Shown here: positions 45,759 through 55,846 of the stretch, one piece after another
How the letters are laid out: the number at the start of each line of letters is the position of its first letter
Position numbering within the stretch: the first letter of the stretch is position 1
Virus record (IMG/VR): IMGVR_UViG_3300028920_001939
DNA from: a virus
Lineage: Duplodnaviria; Heunggongvirae; Uroviricota; Caudoviricetes
Length of the DNA: 64,000 bases
Strand: one strand, 5' to 3'
Made by a program: the position numbers and the translations under genes
The notes under the pieces: generated by a model
What the model saw: only the letters and a program-made list of their open reading frames with translations
What the model was told of the DNA's origin: nothing
Database searches by the model: none

Positions 45759-45763
45759 TATAA

Positions 45764-46030
45764 ATGAATAGATTAATTAGATACGCTGGAATAATGTTTG
45801 CTTTCTTTATAACTGCAAACTTTTATGTTATTATGATAGTTGCTATGATAAATAATAATGCTGTAACAGTTTATTTTGATCATTTCGGCGAAGCTACAAT
45901 AGAATACATATTGTATTTTCTATTAGCACCTATACTGTTATATTCATTTTATTATGAGGTATCAAAATTTAGGAGGGCAAAAAATGCCAAAAAGAGATAT
46001 GCAAAAAATTATACTGAAAATACTAACTGA
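45764..46030 (+). CDS. 2-TM membrane protein
   Basis: Hydrophobic 88-aa ORF. Confidence 0.4.
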   Translation: MNRLIRYAGIMFAFFITANFYVIMIVAMINNNAVTVYFDHFGEATIEYILYFLLAPILLYSFYYEVSKFRRAKNAKKRYAKNYTENTN

Positions 46031-46271
46031 ATCAAAAAAGAATAATATTCCATATCTTACAAGAAAGCAGATAGTAGATAAAATTGAGAAGATTAAACCT
46101 AAAATGAAGAATGTTGATAGAAAAGTAAGTCAAGCGTTGTATTTACTGAAAATCAAACAGCATAGAAAGTGGAATGCACCTAAAGTTATACAATATGAAA
46201 AAGAAATTACTGTAGAAGGCGAAAAGAAAGTAGAAAGAGGTTGGACGATAAAAGATGAAAGTTACAGTTGA
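45984..46271 (+). CDS. Putative winged-helix DNA-binding protein
   Basis: ATG at 45984 preceded by AGGAGGG SD (track ORF starts at 45954). LTRKQIVDKI...RKVSQALYLLK is wHTH-like. Confidence 0.4.
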   Translation: MPKRDMQKIILKILTESKKNNIPYLTRKQIVDKIEKIKPKMKNVDRKVSQALYLLKIKQHRKWNAPKVIQYEKEITVEGEKKVERGWTIKDESYS

Positions 46272-46458
46272 TACACATCAATCTTGGGATATTTGGCTTT
46301 GGTATCTTATTCTTTTAACAGTTGCTTTGACTTATTATTTTTCGCATATTGGTTCTAATATGATGATTTTATCAATTATAGGTTTAATAGTTTTTTTTAT
46401 TTTGATGATAGTGAATAGTAGTGTTGCTGTAAATAAAATCAAAAATAAAAAAGTGTAG
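46255..46458 (+). CDS. 2-TM membrane protein
   Basis: 67-aa hydrophobic ORF. Confidence 0.4.
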   Translation: MKVTVDTHQSWDIWLWYLILLTVALTYYFSHIGSNMMILSIIGLIVFFILMIVNSSVAVNKIKNKKV

Positions 46459-46552
46459 GTGGATAGATGAGAGATAGAGTAAATAGCTTCCTAGCTAAAA
46501 CAATTTCCGCTTATTGTTATCTATCTTTTATTCCACAATCTACACTTTAAAA

Positions 46553-46582
46553 GTATGGATAATTCAAAAACATTTATAAATT
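46553..46582 (+). promoter_or_regulatory. Conserved promoter architecture GTATGGATAATT-N-TTTATAAA (copy upstream of 46604 gene)
   Basis: Near-identical to 40356-40385 (GTATGGATAATT...TTTATAAA with 20-nt spacing). Confidence 0.4.
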
Positions 46583-46603
46583 ATCTATTAATTCTTTTTA
46601 TTA

Positions 46604-46912
46604 ATGAAAATTATAACGCTTAAATCAGAGGAAGTCAAAATATCTTTTGATGATGATGTAAGTAAAAATTATGATATATCAACCAGAGGCGCTATAATAT
46701 TATGTTTGAAACATCTTTATCGTTATAATGAATTCTATATGCCTAAAGATATTATGGCAAGTATTTTGTTAAAAGCGTTGAGAGGTTGTAGTTGTGATAA
46801 GGATCATTTTGATATATCACAAAGATTAGCGTTGTATGATTATATCAAAGATAAGAAAATTGATGATCCATATGTAAAACAATTTATAAAAGAAACGGAG
46901 GAAAGAAAATGA
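46604..46912 (+). CDS. Hypothetical protein
   Basis: 102-aa ORF. Confidence 0.45.
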   Translation: MKIITLKSEEVKISFDDDVSKNYDISTRGAIILCLKHLYRYNEFYMPKDIMASILLKALRGCSCDKDHFDISQRLALYDYIKDKKIDDPYVKQFIKETEERK

Positions 46913-47490
46913 TAAGATTTAGTTATTCTCAAATAGAAGCAACTTTAAGTTGTGCTGATTGTGATAATAGAAATTATTGTGCTAAAGAAAGGTATAGAAA
47001 GTTGCCTACGCAAACGGCGCATATCTGTGATTCATTTGTAAAAAGAAGATATAAACCTGAAGTGAAAACAGCGTGTGTTGATTATAATCAACTTATGCAT
47101 CAACTATCAAATTGGAATTGTATAGCAGAAGGTGTAAAAAACCATCACATGTCAATTGATTGGTATGGTGGTTTAAAAGATGATAAAATTCCTGGTTTTA
47201 CTGAATGTTTAATCTTTATTGAAATAAATAAGATATTTATGGAATACTTAACTGAATTCAAAGAAATGTTGTTGCATAGCAATTCAATTTTAGAGTTACT
47301 TTTGCAAACTGTTTATTCTGTTGATATGAACAATAGCAAAGTATCAATATATACGAAGGATAAACTTTTGTTAGAAAGAATTGAGAACTATTTGCATATG
47401 ACAGATTTTAAGTTAAGAGAAGATACCTATGAAAATATAATGGGTATAAGTAAAGATAAAAATAGAATAATGCAATATATTGTATTATAG
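46909..47490 (+). CDS. Hypothetical Cys-rich protein
   Basis: N-terminus CADCDNRNYC...HICDSF. ATGA overlap. Confidence 0.45.
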   Translation: MIRFSYSQIEATLSCADCDNRNYCAKERYRKLPTQTAHICDSFVKRRYKPEVKTACVDYNQLMHQLSNWNCIAEGVKNHHMSIDWYGGLKDDKIPGFTECLIFIEINKIFMEYLTEFKEMLLHSNSILELLLQTVYSVDMNNSKVSIYTKDKLLLERIENYLHMTDFKLREDTYENIMGISKDKNRIMQYIVL

Positions 47491-47501
47491 GAGATGAAAA
47501 A

Positions 47502-48149
47502 ATGCTGAAAGTAGAAGCAACAATAGAAGAAGTAGTAAATGGCGAAGTTACACAACTTCGAATAGGTGATGATGTCTATTATATAACACATATTGGTTAT
47601 TATAAAGACATCGAAGAAGCTGATGATAAACAACCGATACCACAAGATAGTGTTTTAGAAAAGGGAAAGAAGATTGCTCAGATAAATCATTCTGCAGTAT
47701 ATGAAAATATATTCAATGATATAATCGAACATTTAGGTTCGAAATATGATCGTGATATGTATAGAAATATTGTAAAGAGATATTACAGAGATAGTCCTGA
47801 TTCAACAATTAAAAGTTTAATATCAACCTACAAAAGAGCAGTAGAAAATAAGTTTGATGGGACTTTAGAGAAACCACAACGAAGATACAAAAGATATAGA
47901 AGAAGAAAACCTGCAGGTGCGATTGGTAAAGATAAAACATATAAAGTTTGGATAAAAGAAGATGATTACAATAAAGTTAAGAGAGCTATGTTTACATTTG
48001 GAGCAACGCCTACAACAGATTTTATTGCAAGAGAAAGTGGTTTGACAGTAGACAAAGTAAGAGCAGTTGTTCATTATATGATTGATGAGGGAAAGGTAAA
48101 AAGAACAACAAATGAAGATGGTAGTGTATTTTACTCTTATACGGGGTAA
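47502..48149 (+). CDS. Hypothetical protein
   Basis: 215-aa ORF. Basic patch RRYKRYRRRKP. Confidence 0.45.
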   Translation: MLKVEATIEEVVNGEVTQLRIGDDVYYITHIGYYKDIEEADDKQPIPQDSVLEKGKKIAQINHSAVYENIFNDIIEHLGSKYDRDMYRNIVKRYYRDSPDSTIKSLISTYKRAVENKFDGTLEKPQRRYKRYRRRKPAGAIGKDKTYKVWIKEDDYNKVKRAMFTFGATPTTDFIARESGLTVDKVRAVVHYMIDEGKVKRTTNEDGSVFYSYTG

Positions 48150-48253
48150 TACCTACTTTTATTTTTTCTCTACCATAAAAAAATCAAAACTTTTATAAAG
48201 ATAAAAATCATTAACATTTTTTATCACAACCGAGAGGGATTTGTAATGGGAAT

Positions 48254-49651
48254 TTGTTTCTCCTAATCGCCTCTTTCGCTGTGGAGTTGGTGGCAACATT
48301 TATGGTTGGTGTGGTAATCAAATCAGAGGACTTTGGCGACAAACTTATATCTGATTATTTAGAAGTTTTCGACAAATATTCTTTTAAAAACAGATTCTAC
48401 GGAAATATTGCATTACACGTTATTTTAGGACAAGCATTGAAGAATGTTTATTATAGAATTGGAAGAAGAAAAATAGATATTCGTATTCATTTTATACTTA
48501 TCAAACCACAAGGAACTGGTAAAGGCGCAGGATTTGGTTTTTGTAAGAAAGCATCAGATTGGGTTGGTTTAGATTTTCAAGTTTTATCAGAATCAACAGA
48601 TGGTGGTTTAGCAGGTTCAAAGAAATACGACGCTTCTCAAAAGAAAGATATTGTTGTGCCGGGTTTACTTGAATATGCTGATGTAGTTGCTATGGAAGAA
48701 GCTTCCATATTGATTGATTTCGCTAATGAGTTTAGCAAGAAAAATATGACTTATATGCAAATCACTATGAATCCATTGGAAGATGATTCTTGTTATATAC
48801 ATAGAAGATTAGTTGGATTAGATATCAGTTTTAAACCACACGCTTCGTTTCTACTGATGAGTTATCCACCAGATAATATTGCTGATAAGATTGTAAAAAC
48901 TGGTTTCATTGATAGAATGGTAACTGATTTTGAAGATGTAACTTTAGTTGACAGATTAGAAGTTTTAAAGAAAATAATGGAAAATGCAAATCTTGATGAA
49001 GCAGAGTGGATGGATAAAGAACAGTATGTTAAGAAAAGATTACAATATATAGTAAAGAGATATGAGAAAGGTACTATATGTATCAATATAGAAGAAAAGA
49101 TACATCAGGCAGTATTACAATGTATTGATGAAATGGCAACAATGATACTGGACGCTTCACCTAAAGCAAGAGAGAAACTTGAACACTTTATCACACGTTT
49201 GTATGAAATTTTAGTTAAGTTATCAATACATCATGCGTTGTTATCAAATAGAACTGAATTGAGAATATCAGATGTGCTTTATGCACGAATGACCTATTTG
49301 CCTATATGGAGAAATCTTATCATTAGTATTGAATCATTATTAATTATTAGTCCACAAGAACGTTTTAGAAAGCACAGTATCAAATCACAAGCGATTAAAG
49401 AATATAAGAGATTGTTGAAAGAAGGTAGATTTGTTAAACAAGATGTTTGGGTTAGAAGATTAACTATGGTTCAGAATTTACAACCTAAATGGGATAACTG
49501 TAGTATGGAAACTGCAGATAATAATTTATCAAAATTAGAAGTATTACCTAAAGAAACTTATGGAAAGTTTTTGAAGGTTTCGCAGTATGAAAAAGAAAAG
49601 ATATTCAAAAGAAAATATTTTGGAGAAACTGCATATATAAAAATGATATAA
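48254..49651 (+). CDS. Hypothetical protein with divergent P-loop-like motif (candidate packaging/terminase-like NTPase; very tentative)
   Basis: TTG start in the track. KPQGTGKGAGF is Walker-A-like and VVAMEEAS is Walker-B-like. 465 aa. No confident assignment. Confidence 0.45.
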   Translation: MFLLIASFAVELVATFMVGVVIKSEDFGDKLISDYLEVFDKYSFKNRFYGNIALHVILGQALKNVYYRIGRRKIDIRIHFILIKPQGTGKGAGFGFCKKASDWVGLDFQVLSESTDGGLAGSKKYDASQKKDIVVPGLLEYADVVAMEEASILIDFANEFSKKNMTYMQITMNPLEDDSCYIHRRLVGLDISFKPHASFLLMSYPPDNIADKIVKTGFIDRMVTDFEDVTLVDRLEVLKKIMENANLDEAEWMDKEQYVKKRLQYIVKRYEKGTICINIEEKIHQAVLQCIDEMATMILDASPKAREKLEHFITRLYEILVKLSIHHALLSNRTELRISDVLYARMTYLPIWRNLIISIESLLIISPQERFRKHSIKSQAIKEYKRLLKEGRFVKQDVWVRRLTMVQNLQPKWDNCSMETADNNLSKLEVLPKETYGKFLKVSQYEKEKIFKRKYFGETAYIKMI

Positions 49652-49662
49652 GGAGGAAAAAG

Positions 49663-49848
49663 ATGAATTATAAAAAACAACCAATGCATTGGCAAAGAAT
49701 TAGATTTTTAGTAAAAAGATTGAAACAGTATAGAACAGAAGATGAGATAATTAATGAAATAAGAAAGTTGAAATGGACAGATTTTAATGAAAATATGTCA
49801 AGATTTCAAATAAGAAACGCAAAAAGATATGAATATAAAAAGATATAA
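49663..49848 (+). CDS. Hypothetical small protein
   Basis: 61-aa ORF with AGGAGG SD. Confidence 0.4.
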   Translation: MNYKKQPMHWQRIRFLVKRLKQYRTEDEIINEIRKLKWTDFNENMSRFQIRNAKRYEYKKI

Positions 49849-49859
49849 GGAGGAAAAAA

Positions 49860-50915
49860 ATGGCTCAAATACCAGAAGATATAAAGGCAGGAATTGAAGC
49901 ATTGAGTAAAGCGAAAGATACGCCAATAAAAGATTTGTTGGAGAGATTAAAGGAGATTATCAATGAAGATGAAAATTTAAAAGCGATGGATAATGATAAC
50001 TTTAAGATTAGAGTTGCTTGGGCTGCTTTGTATAAAGAATATTCTGCTGCTCAAGGTCAAGAGTGTTTGATAACACCTTTGTTACATTGTTCACCACGAT
50101 ATATAAGAATAAAAGAAGAAAACACAGCAGTTGGTGATATATCAGCACTTGTTAAACCTTTGAAGAATGAGAAAGGTGAAGAAATAGAGTATAAATCACC
50201 AGATGAAGGTTGGCAATACGCTGCTGGAACTCTTTGGAGAGATGCTGCTGAGAAAGCAGGTGATTTAGAAGTAGGTAAAGTTTACAACACTAAAGTTATT
50301 TTGACTAACACCTATGGAGAAAAAGGTAAAAAGAGAAAAGAAAGAGATTGGGGTTTAGGTATCATAGCAAGTAACGCAACTTTTTCTGTTTCGAAAGAGA
50401 AAGCACCTGATTTCAAGAAATTCTTTGAGAAAGAGATAGAAGATAACAACGAGATAATGATGTTATCAGATGCTGATATGAATCAAAGTGCACACGATAC
50501 AGATATCAGAGTTGTAAGAATTCAGATAATGGATGAAGATTTCGGTGAAAGAGAAGATGGGAGCGAATATGCTTTCTATGATATAATGGACAACTCAATT
50601 GCAGGTGAAACTAAAAGATTCTTTATTGATAAGAGAGATTACAAGTATATGCAAGGTTCTGTTTTACTTGCTGGTGTTATAGTTAGAAATACTGCGAAAG
50701 AAGATGAAGAACCTATATTTAGATTGAACCCACAATGGTTTATACCAGAGATTGCAGAAGAAGTATCATTTGAAGAAAAGAAATCAGAAGATACAGAAGA
50801 AATTGTACTTGATGAACCAGAAGAAAAAGAGGCAGAGAAAAAGGAAGATGTGGAGGAAAAACCTGAAGCGGAAAGTGAGGAAAAGAAAGAAGAAGGGGAT
50901 TTATTCGAGATTTAA
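49860..50915 (+). CDS. Hypothetical protein with long acidic C-terminal tail
   Basis: 351-aa ORF with AGGAGG SD. C-terminus EEKKSEDTEEIVLDEPEEKEAEKKEDVEEKPEAESEE. Confidence 0.5.
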   Translation: MAQIPEDIKAGIEALSKAKDTPIKDLLERLKEIINEDENLKAMDNDNFKIRVAWAALYKEYSAAQGQECLITPLLHCSPRYIRIKEENTAVGDISALVKPLKNEKGEEIEYKSPDEGWQYAAGTLWRDAAEKAGDLEVGKVYNTKVILTNTYGEKGKKRKERDWGLGIIASNATFSVSKEKAPDFKKFFEKEIEDNNEIMMLSDADMNQSAHDTDIRVVRIQIMDEDFGEREDGSEYAFYDIMDNSIAGETKRFFIDKRDYKYMQGSVLLAGVIVRNTAKEDEEPIFRLNPQWFIPEIAEEVSFEEKKSEDTEEIVLDEPEEKEAEKKEDVEEKPEAESEEKKEEGDLFEI

Positions 50916-50952
50916 ATTTCCCTTCTTCTATTTATTATGAAGGAGGAAAGAA

Positions 50953-52026
50953 ATGATTAAAAAAGAAACTTTAAAAAAACATGAAGCTGTTAATTTATGG
51001 GACCAAGAAGCTGAATCTTTAACTTTTACAGATTTTAAAGATTCTATTGCTGATACTGAAAAGTTGTTAGTATTTGGCGAAACTGGTTCTGGGAAAACAA
51101 AATTTTATATTGATAGATTCAGATATCTATACAAGAAAGGTGTAAAACCAGAAAATTTCTTCGCTTGTATTATATTGCCTGATAGACCAACAGGTATCAC
51201 TAAACTTGCTGATTTTATACCAGAAGAATACAAGGATAGAATAAAGATATTCCCTGTAAATCAATATGAAGATACTATCAAAGCAACGGCTACGGCTGTA
51301 AAACTATTAGAAGAACACTATCAAAAAACAGGTAAGTTTGGAGATTTAGTTTTCGAGTTAATGGAGAATTATTGGACATTTGCTCAAGATTATTTCTGTA
51401 GACAAGCATATGGTAAAACAATGGGAGAATTCTTTTCACAAATGCAATCAATAATGGGTGCTGATAAAGGTGATAAGAGAACTGCATATGAAGCATTTGC
51501 TGGACCCTTTGGTGGACCGTGGCCCATAATTAAGTTCTTTCACAACTTTAACTGGATTGATAAAGTAAAGAGATTACAATTCAATACGATTTTCACATCA
51601 GAGATTAAAGAAGAAACAAACAAAGATTCGATATTCTTTGATTTAGGTTTTAGACCTGCTGGTGAAAAACACAACCAGCACAAAATGGATAGCGTTGTTT
51701 ATGTATCTCATATAGGTGATGATTTCTTTATACGAGCATACAAACTTACTGGTTACACTAAATTGTATGGCAAAACTAAAGTTACGAATAAGAATGATTA
51801 TGAATCGCATTTGAAGTGTATCGAAGAATTAGAAAAACGTGGTTTTAAAGTATCTGCTATGAATGATTTAGAACAACAAGCAGGTATCGAACCACCAAAA
51901 AAAGAAGAAATTAAAGTTGTCAAAAAGGAGGAAATGACTGAAGAACAAAAAGAAGTTAAAAAGCAAGATGAGGAGGATAAACCCGAAGAAAGAGAAAGAG
52001 ATGATGATTGGGATTTATCATTGTAG
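50953..52026 (+). CDS. P-loop NTPase of unknown family
   Basis: Walker A VFGETGSGKTKF at about aa 40 with AGGAGG SD upstream. Acidic C-terminus. Confidence 0.5.
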   Translation: MIKKETLKKHEAVNLWDQEAESLTFTDFKDSIADTEKLLVFGETGSGKTKFYIDRFRYLYKKGVKPENFFACIILPDRPTGITKLADFIPEEYKDRIKIFPVNQYEDTIKATATAVKLLEEHYQKTGKFGDLVFELMENYWTFAQDYFCRQAYGKTMGEFFSQMQSIMGADKGDKRTAYEAFAGPFGGPWPIIKFFHNFNWIDKVKRLQFNTIFTSEIKEETNKDSIFFDLGFRPAGEKHNQHKMDSVVYVSHIGDDFFIRAYKLTGYTKLYGKTKVTNKNDYESHLKCIEELEKRGFKVSAMNDLEQQAGIEPPKKEEIKVVKKEEMTEEQKEVKKQDEEDKPEERERDDDWDLSL

Positions 52027-52149
52027 TGTTTTGTGAAAGAGAGTTTGGATATTTCGTTCTCCTTTCAGAAATACATCCACCTAGATATATTTCTTCACCA
52101 CACCAACTCTCCACAAAAGAACACTATGATGAAATAGAGGTGAATAAAA

Positions 52150-52914
52150 ATGAAATTTGTAATAAAACAAGAAAAACTTGAATATATGTTAGAAAAACTT
52201 TTGGTAAAAGATATGGTTCCATCTTCTGTTATATCAGTAAAAGATGGGAAGATGTTTTCTATTCAGAAGGAAGAAAAAGGCAGGTCGTTACGATTCTTAA
52301 AACTACAGAAAGAGTTTTTTGAAGAAATAGATGAGAAAGCGAATGAGTCAATACAACTTGATATTGCTAAGTTTCTTAAAAACGTGAAACTGTTTCCACC
52401 AAAAGAGAAACTTGAATGTGAAGTAATTGGATCTGTAATGAGTATCAAAGGTGAAGTTAGAAACCCTAAACTTACTATAGAATCGCCAAGAAGTGAAGTT
52501 ATGACTAAATTACCTTTTAATATCGAAGGTAATATTCCAACTGTAACAGATGATCAAGGCGCTGAAATTAAACTTGATGTGAAAGTAACAGTTGATGTTG
52601 CTGAATTTAGAGAGATAATAAGAGGTGCTGAAGCAATTGGAACTGAATTTTATGAATTTACCGATAAAGATGGAAAATTCTTAACTGTTGTTGGTGATTT
52701 GAATTCCAATGAGAAAGATGAATTTTTCCCTAAATCAATATTGAAAGGTAAAGATTTCAAAGCAGTTTACACTTATGGGATGCAGCAGATAGGTGCAACA
52801 TTTGATAAAGAGGTGAATATCAATATGGCGAATAACGCACCCGCTTGGGTATATGAAACATCAAAAGAACATTTACTTGGTGTGTTTATTCCGCCATTTA
52901 TGCAAGAAGATTAG
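52150..52914 (+). CDS. PCNA-like sliding clamp
   Basis: 254 aa, the typical PCNA size. Pattern resembles archaeal PCNA (…FSIQ…FFEEIDE…IQLDIAKFLKNVK…) and the C-terminus hGVFIPPFMQED matches the PCNA h.hLAP(K/R)hE(D/E) tail. Gene sits beside primase and RFC. Confidence 0.55.
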   Translation: MKFVIKQEKLEYMLEKLLVKDMVPSSVISVKDGKMFSIQKEEKGRSLRFLKLQKEFFEEIDEKANESIQLDIAKFLKNVKLFPPKEKLECEVIGSVMSIKGEVRNPKLTIESPRSEVMTKLPFNIEGNIPTVTDDQGAEIKLDVKVTVDVAEFREIIRGAEAIGTEFYEFTDKDGKFLTVVGDLNSNEKDEFFPKSILKGKDFKAVYTYGMQQIGATFDKEVNINMANNAPAWVYETSKEHLLGVFIPPFMQED

Positions 52915-52919
52915 ATAGA

Positions 52920-53900
52920 ATGTTTAAGGAATTGCCTCGGTACATGGGATTTCCCAATCAGAGCTTTGTTAAGAGAGAGTTTGCTTTTAACGCTTTCTTC
53001 AGAGAGCTCAACGGGGTTGCTCCTTTCTTTGTATCTACATATCAATTTAAAAATGAATCTACACCGATAGTTAATTCTCTTGTGTTTGATATTGATTCTA
53101 ATTTCGGTATGAGATTTCCATATAAGAATACTAAATCTTTGAAGAAATTTTGTGAAAATAACGATATACCATATGTGCTTGATTTTAGTGGTGGGAAAGG
53201 TTTTCATTTGTTTATGATTATAAAAGATATAATTCCAAAACCAGAAGAAAAAAATTCTTTAGCAGATAAGATGTATTCGGTCCAAGTTGCTTTAGCAAAA
53301 CATTTGAATATTGAATCTGTTGATTATCCAACATTTGGTAGATTGCATTTTCTTATAAGATACCCAACGAGTAAATATGTAAGAGCAAGAGAATCAAATG
53401 GGTTATATTGTAGAAACATAACATCAGAAGATTTTGATAGAGGTCTTAAACATATAGCAGAGATAGTAAAAACTCCAGGAGAAGTGCCGGAAACTCCAAA
53501 GGCGAAACAAAGTTTAGATGATATCATAAAGTTAGTGCCGAATTACAAAGAAATCGAAAGAGTAGATGGAGAAGATATGATACAGATAATTCGTGCTGGT
53601 ATGGAACCGCCTACAGTAGAAGCAGTTGCTTTGCCGTGTTTGAAAGATTTATCAAAACATTCACACCCAAGGCATTATGAAAGAGTAGAATTAGGTTCTT
53701 GGTTGAAGTTTCTGGGTTATACTGATTTGGCGATTATCACTTTTATGAAAAATCAGAACTGGACACGATTCAGTTACAATACAACACGATATCAAGTTAG
53801 CACGTTACAACCGAGATTTCCGAATTGTAAGAAATTGAAAGAAGTATATGGTGATTTATGTAAAGATTGTATATTGAATAAAAAGAGGAAGAAAAAATGA
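52920..53900 (+). CDS. Archaeo-eukaryotic primase catalytic subunit (PriS/Prim-Pol-like)
   Basis: Motif I LVFDIDSNF (DxD). Motif II DFSGGKGFHLF (SGxRG-F/Y-H). Motif III GRLHFLIRYPTSKY. Cys/His-rich C-terminus. Confidence 0.7.
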   Translation: MFKELPRYMGFPNQSFVKREFAFNAFFRELNGVAPFFVSTYQFKNESTPIVNSLVFDIDSNFGMRFPYKNTKSLKKFCENNDIPYVLDFSGGKGFHLFMIIKDIIPKPEEKNSLADKMYSVQVALAKHLNIESVDYPTFGRLHFLIRYPTSKYVRARESNGLYCRNITSEDFDRGLKHIAEIVKTPGEVPETPKAKQSLDDIIKLVPNYKEIERVDGEDMIQIIRAGMEPPTVEAVALPCLKDLSKHSHPRHYERVELGSWLKFLGYTDLAIITFMKNQNWTRFSYNTTRYQVSTLQPRFPNCKKLKEVYGDLCKDCILNKKRKKK

Positions 53901-54103
53901 CGAATAGTGTAAAAGATTTAAGAAAAGCATTGAAAAGAATGATGGGAGATTTATCAAAGAAACCAGATGAGAATCTTATCAGGGGTTACAAGAATGCTAT
54001 GAAAGATTACAAAGAAACTAAAGATGAGAAATGCTTACGAGCAGCTGAATTTATTAAGATAGAGTTAGATAAAAGAGGTATAGAAGTTGAAGATATACAT
54101 TGA
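53897..54103 (+). CDS. Hypothetical small protein
   Basis: 68-aa ORF with ATGA overlap. Confidence 0.4.
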   Translation: MTNSVKDLRKALKRMMGDLSKKPDENLIRGYKNAMKDYKETKDEKCLRAAEFIKIELDKRGIEVEDIH

Positions 54104-54746
54104 TAATCGAGAAGGAGAAAAGATAAATGCATTTAAAGAGTATATTTACAAACGAAAAAATAGTATTATTGATGATGTAAGAACTGGAAATTATCAAGTT
54201 AGCGATTATCATTCTGGTGATGGTTTAATTGGCATTGAGAGAAAGAAATCAGATTATACGAAAGATGTTTTTAGTGGCAAACTTGACCAGCAGTTGAAAG
54301 AGTTAAAAGATAATTTTGAATACCCATTTTTGTTTATAGATTACCCAAGTTTATCAGATTTGATAAGTGAATCTTTGGGAGTAAGCCCTCAAATTATTAT
54401 CGGCTCTTTGATATCAATATTAGCACGACACAAAGTTACTGTTATGTTTGTTGGTGGAATGTTTGTTCCATTTACTGTGAGATTATTTGAAAAATTTTAT
54501 GATGGGAAAACAAAACCTAAAGAGATGAATTATATTCCTATCAGAAGAAAATCAACATCATCAGAGATAAAGAGAGCGATGCTTGAGAATGTTTTTCCTG
54601 GATTAGGTAAAACTAAAGTGAATGCTTTGTTTGATCATTTTAATGGTTCATTTAAAGATATAGTAAATGCTGATACACAAGAATTGATGAAAGTAAAAGG
54701 TATAAGTAGCACACTTGCTTCGAAAATGGTAGAGGTGTTTAAATGA
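54087..54746 (+). CDS. Short archaeal-type XPF/ERCC4 nuclease with C-terminal HhH2
   Basis: IYIDNRE ... SDYHSGDG ... GIERKKSDY (ERCC4 ERK motif). C-terminal tandem helix-hairpin-helix GLGKTKVNALFDHFNGSFKDIVNADTQELMKVKGISSTLASKMVE. Track start is TTG. Confidence 0.6.
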   Translation: MKIYIDNREGEKINAFKEYIYKRKNSIIDDVRTGNYQVSDYHSGDGLIGIERKKSDYTKDVFSGKLDQQLKELKDNFEYPFLFIDYPSLSDLISESLGVSPQIIIGSLISILARHKVTVMFVGGMFVPFTVRLFEKFYDGKTKPKEMNYIPIRRKSTSSEIKRAMLENVFPGLGKTKVNALFDHFNGSFKDIVNADTQELMKVKGISSTLASKMVEVFK

Positions 54747-55699
54747 AAGATACACTTTTCGCTGAGAAATATAGACCACAAACATTATCAAAAATTATTG
54801 GTCAAGAACACGTTTTGAAATGGATTAAGAAATACGTTGAGAATGATGATATACCACATATGTTATTTGCTGGTCCTGCTGGTACTGGAAAGACAACCGT
54901 TGCTAAAGCACTTACTAAAGATTTATATGGAGATGATTGGAGATATTATTATCACGAAGTAAACGCTTCAGATGAAACTGGTGTTGAGAATATAAGAAAA
55001 TCTGTTAAAGATTTTGCAAGAATGAGAATAGTTGGTAGAAAATACAAGATAGTTTTCTTTGATGAAGCAGATTACTTGAGTATACCATCAATGGGTTGTT
55101 TAAGAAGAATAATGGAAGAATACGCACATATATGTAGATTTATTTTCAGTTGTAATTATCCAGAGAAAATAATTGATCCTATCAAAGACAGATGTAATGT
55201 TTTCAGATTCAAGAGTATCAAAGAAGATGATATGTTACCTTTGCTTTCTGAAATTGTGCAATCAGAAGAAATTGATATCAGAGATTCAGCACTTAAAGAA
55301 TTAGCAAGGTTATCACACGGTTCTATGAGAACAGCAACGAATTATTTACATCAGTTGAAACGAGCAAATATCAAAGATATACACAAAGAAGTAATCTATG
55401 AGATTACTGGTCACGTTGATGATAGTTTTATCAAACAGATGATTATGAAATGCAAAGAAGGTGATGTATCAATTGTTTATGATTATCTTCAAGATTTGCT
55501 GTATGATAAAGCGTATTCGCATAAAGAGATTATCAATACTTTAAGAGATGTAATTTTAGAATCTAAATCTAACAAGAAACTTGAGATACTTGAAAGATTG
55601 GTTGATACATCATTCAGAATATCATATGGCGGTGATGCTGAAGAACAGTTGTTTGGTTTTATGATATATTTAATGAAGATATTTGATGGAGGTAAATAA
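54743..55699 (+). CDS. Replication factor C small subunit (clamp loader)
   Basis: RFC box II EKYRPQTL. Walker A LFAGPAGTGKTT. NASDETGVENIRKSV. Walker B IVFFDEADYLS. SCNY-box IFSCNYPEKIIDPIKDRC, near-identical to the archaeal RFC-S consensus. Confidence 0.85.
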   Translation: MKDTLFAEKYRPQTLSKIIGQEHVLKWIKKYVENDDIPHMLFAGPAGTGKTTVAKALTKDLYGDDWRYYYHEVNASDETGVENIRKSVKDFARMRIVGRKYKIVFFDEADYLSIPSMGCLRRIMEEYAHICRFIFSCNYPEKIIDPIKDRCNVFRFKSIKEDDMLPLLSEIVQSEEIDIRDSALKELARLSHGSMRTATNYLHQLKRANIKDIHKEVIYEITGHVDDSFIKQMIMKCKEGDVSIVYDYLQDLLYDKAYSHKEIINTLRDVILESKSNKKLEILERLVDTSFRISYGGDAEEQLFGFMIYLMKIFDGGK

Positions 55700-55846
55700 A
55701 TGGAAAAACTAATGTGTGATGAAGATTGTTGGTTGATGAGATGGAGCAGATGTTATACAAATAATAAAGATGGCACTTGCGATAAGCCAGAAAGAAAGAA
55801 AAATGCAATGGAAACGAATGGTGGATTTACAGGATTTGATGGGTAA
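55700..55846 (+). CDS. Small Cys-rich protein
   Basis: Not in the track (48 aa). MEKLMCDEDCWLMRWSRCYTNNKDGTCDK. Confidence 0.3.
   Translation: MEKLMCDEDCWLMRWSRCYTNNKDGTCDKPERKKNAMETNGGFTGFDG

Noticed and set aside
48254-49651. Calling 48254-49651 a terminase large subunit
   Set aside because: Only a deviant P-loop (PQGTGKG, Lys not followed by Ser/Thr) and a possible Walker B. No recognisable RNaseH-like nuclease motifs by eye. Left as hypothetical.
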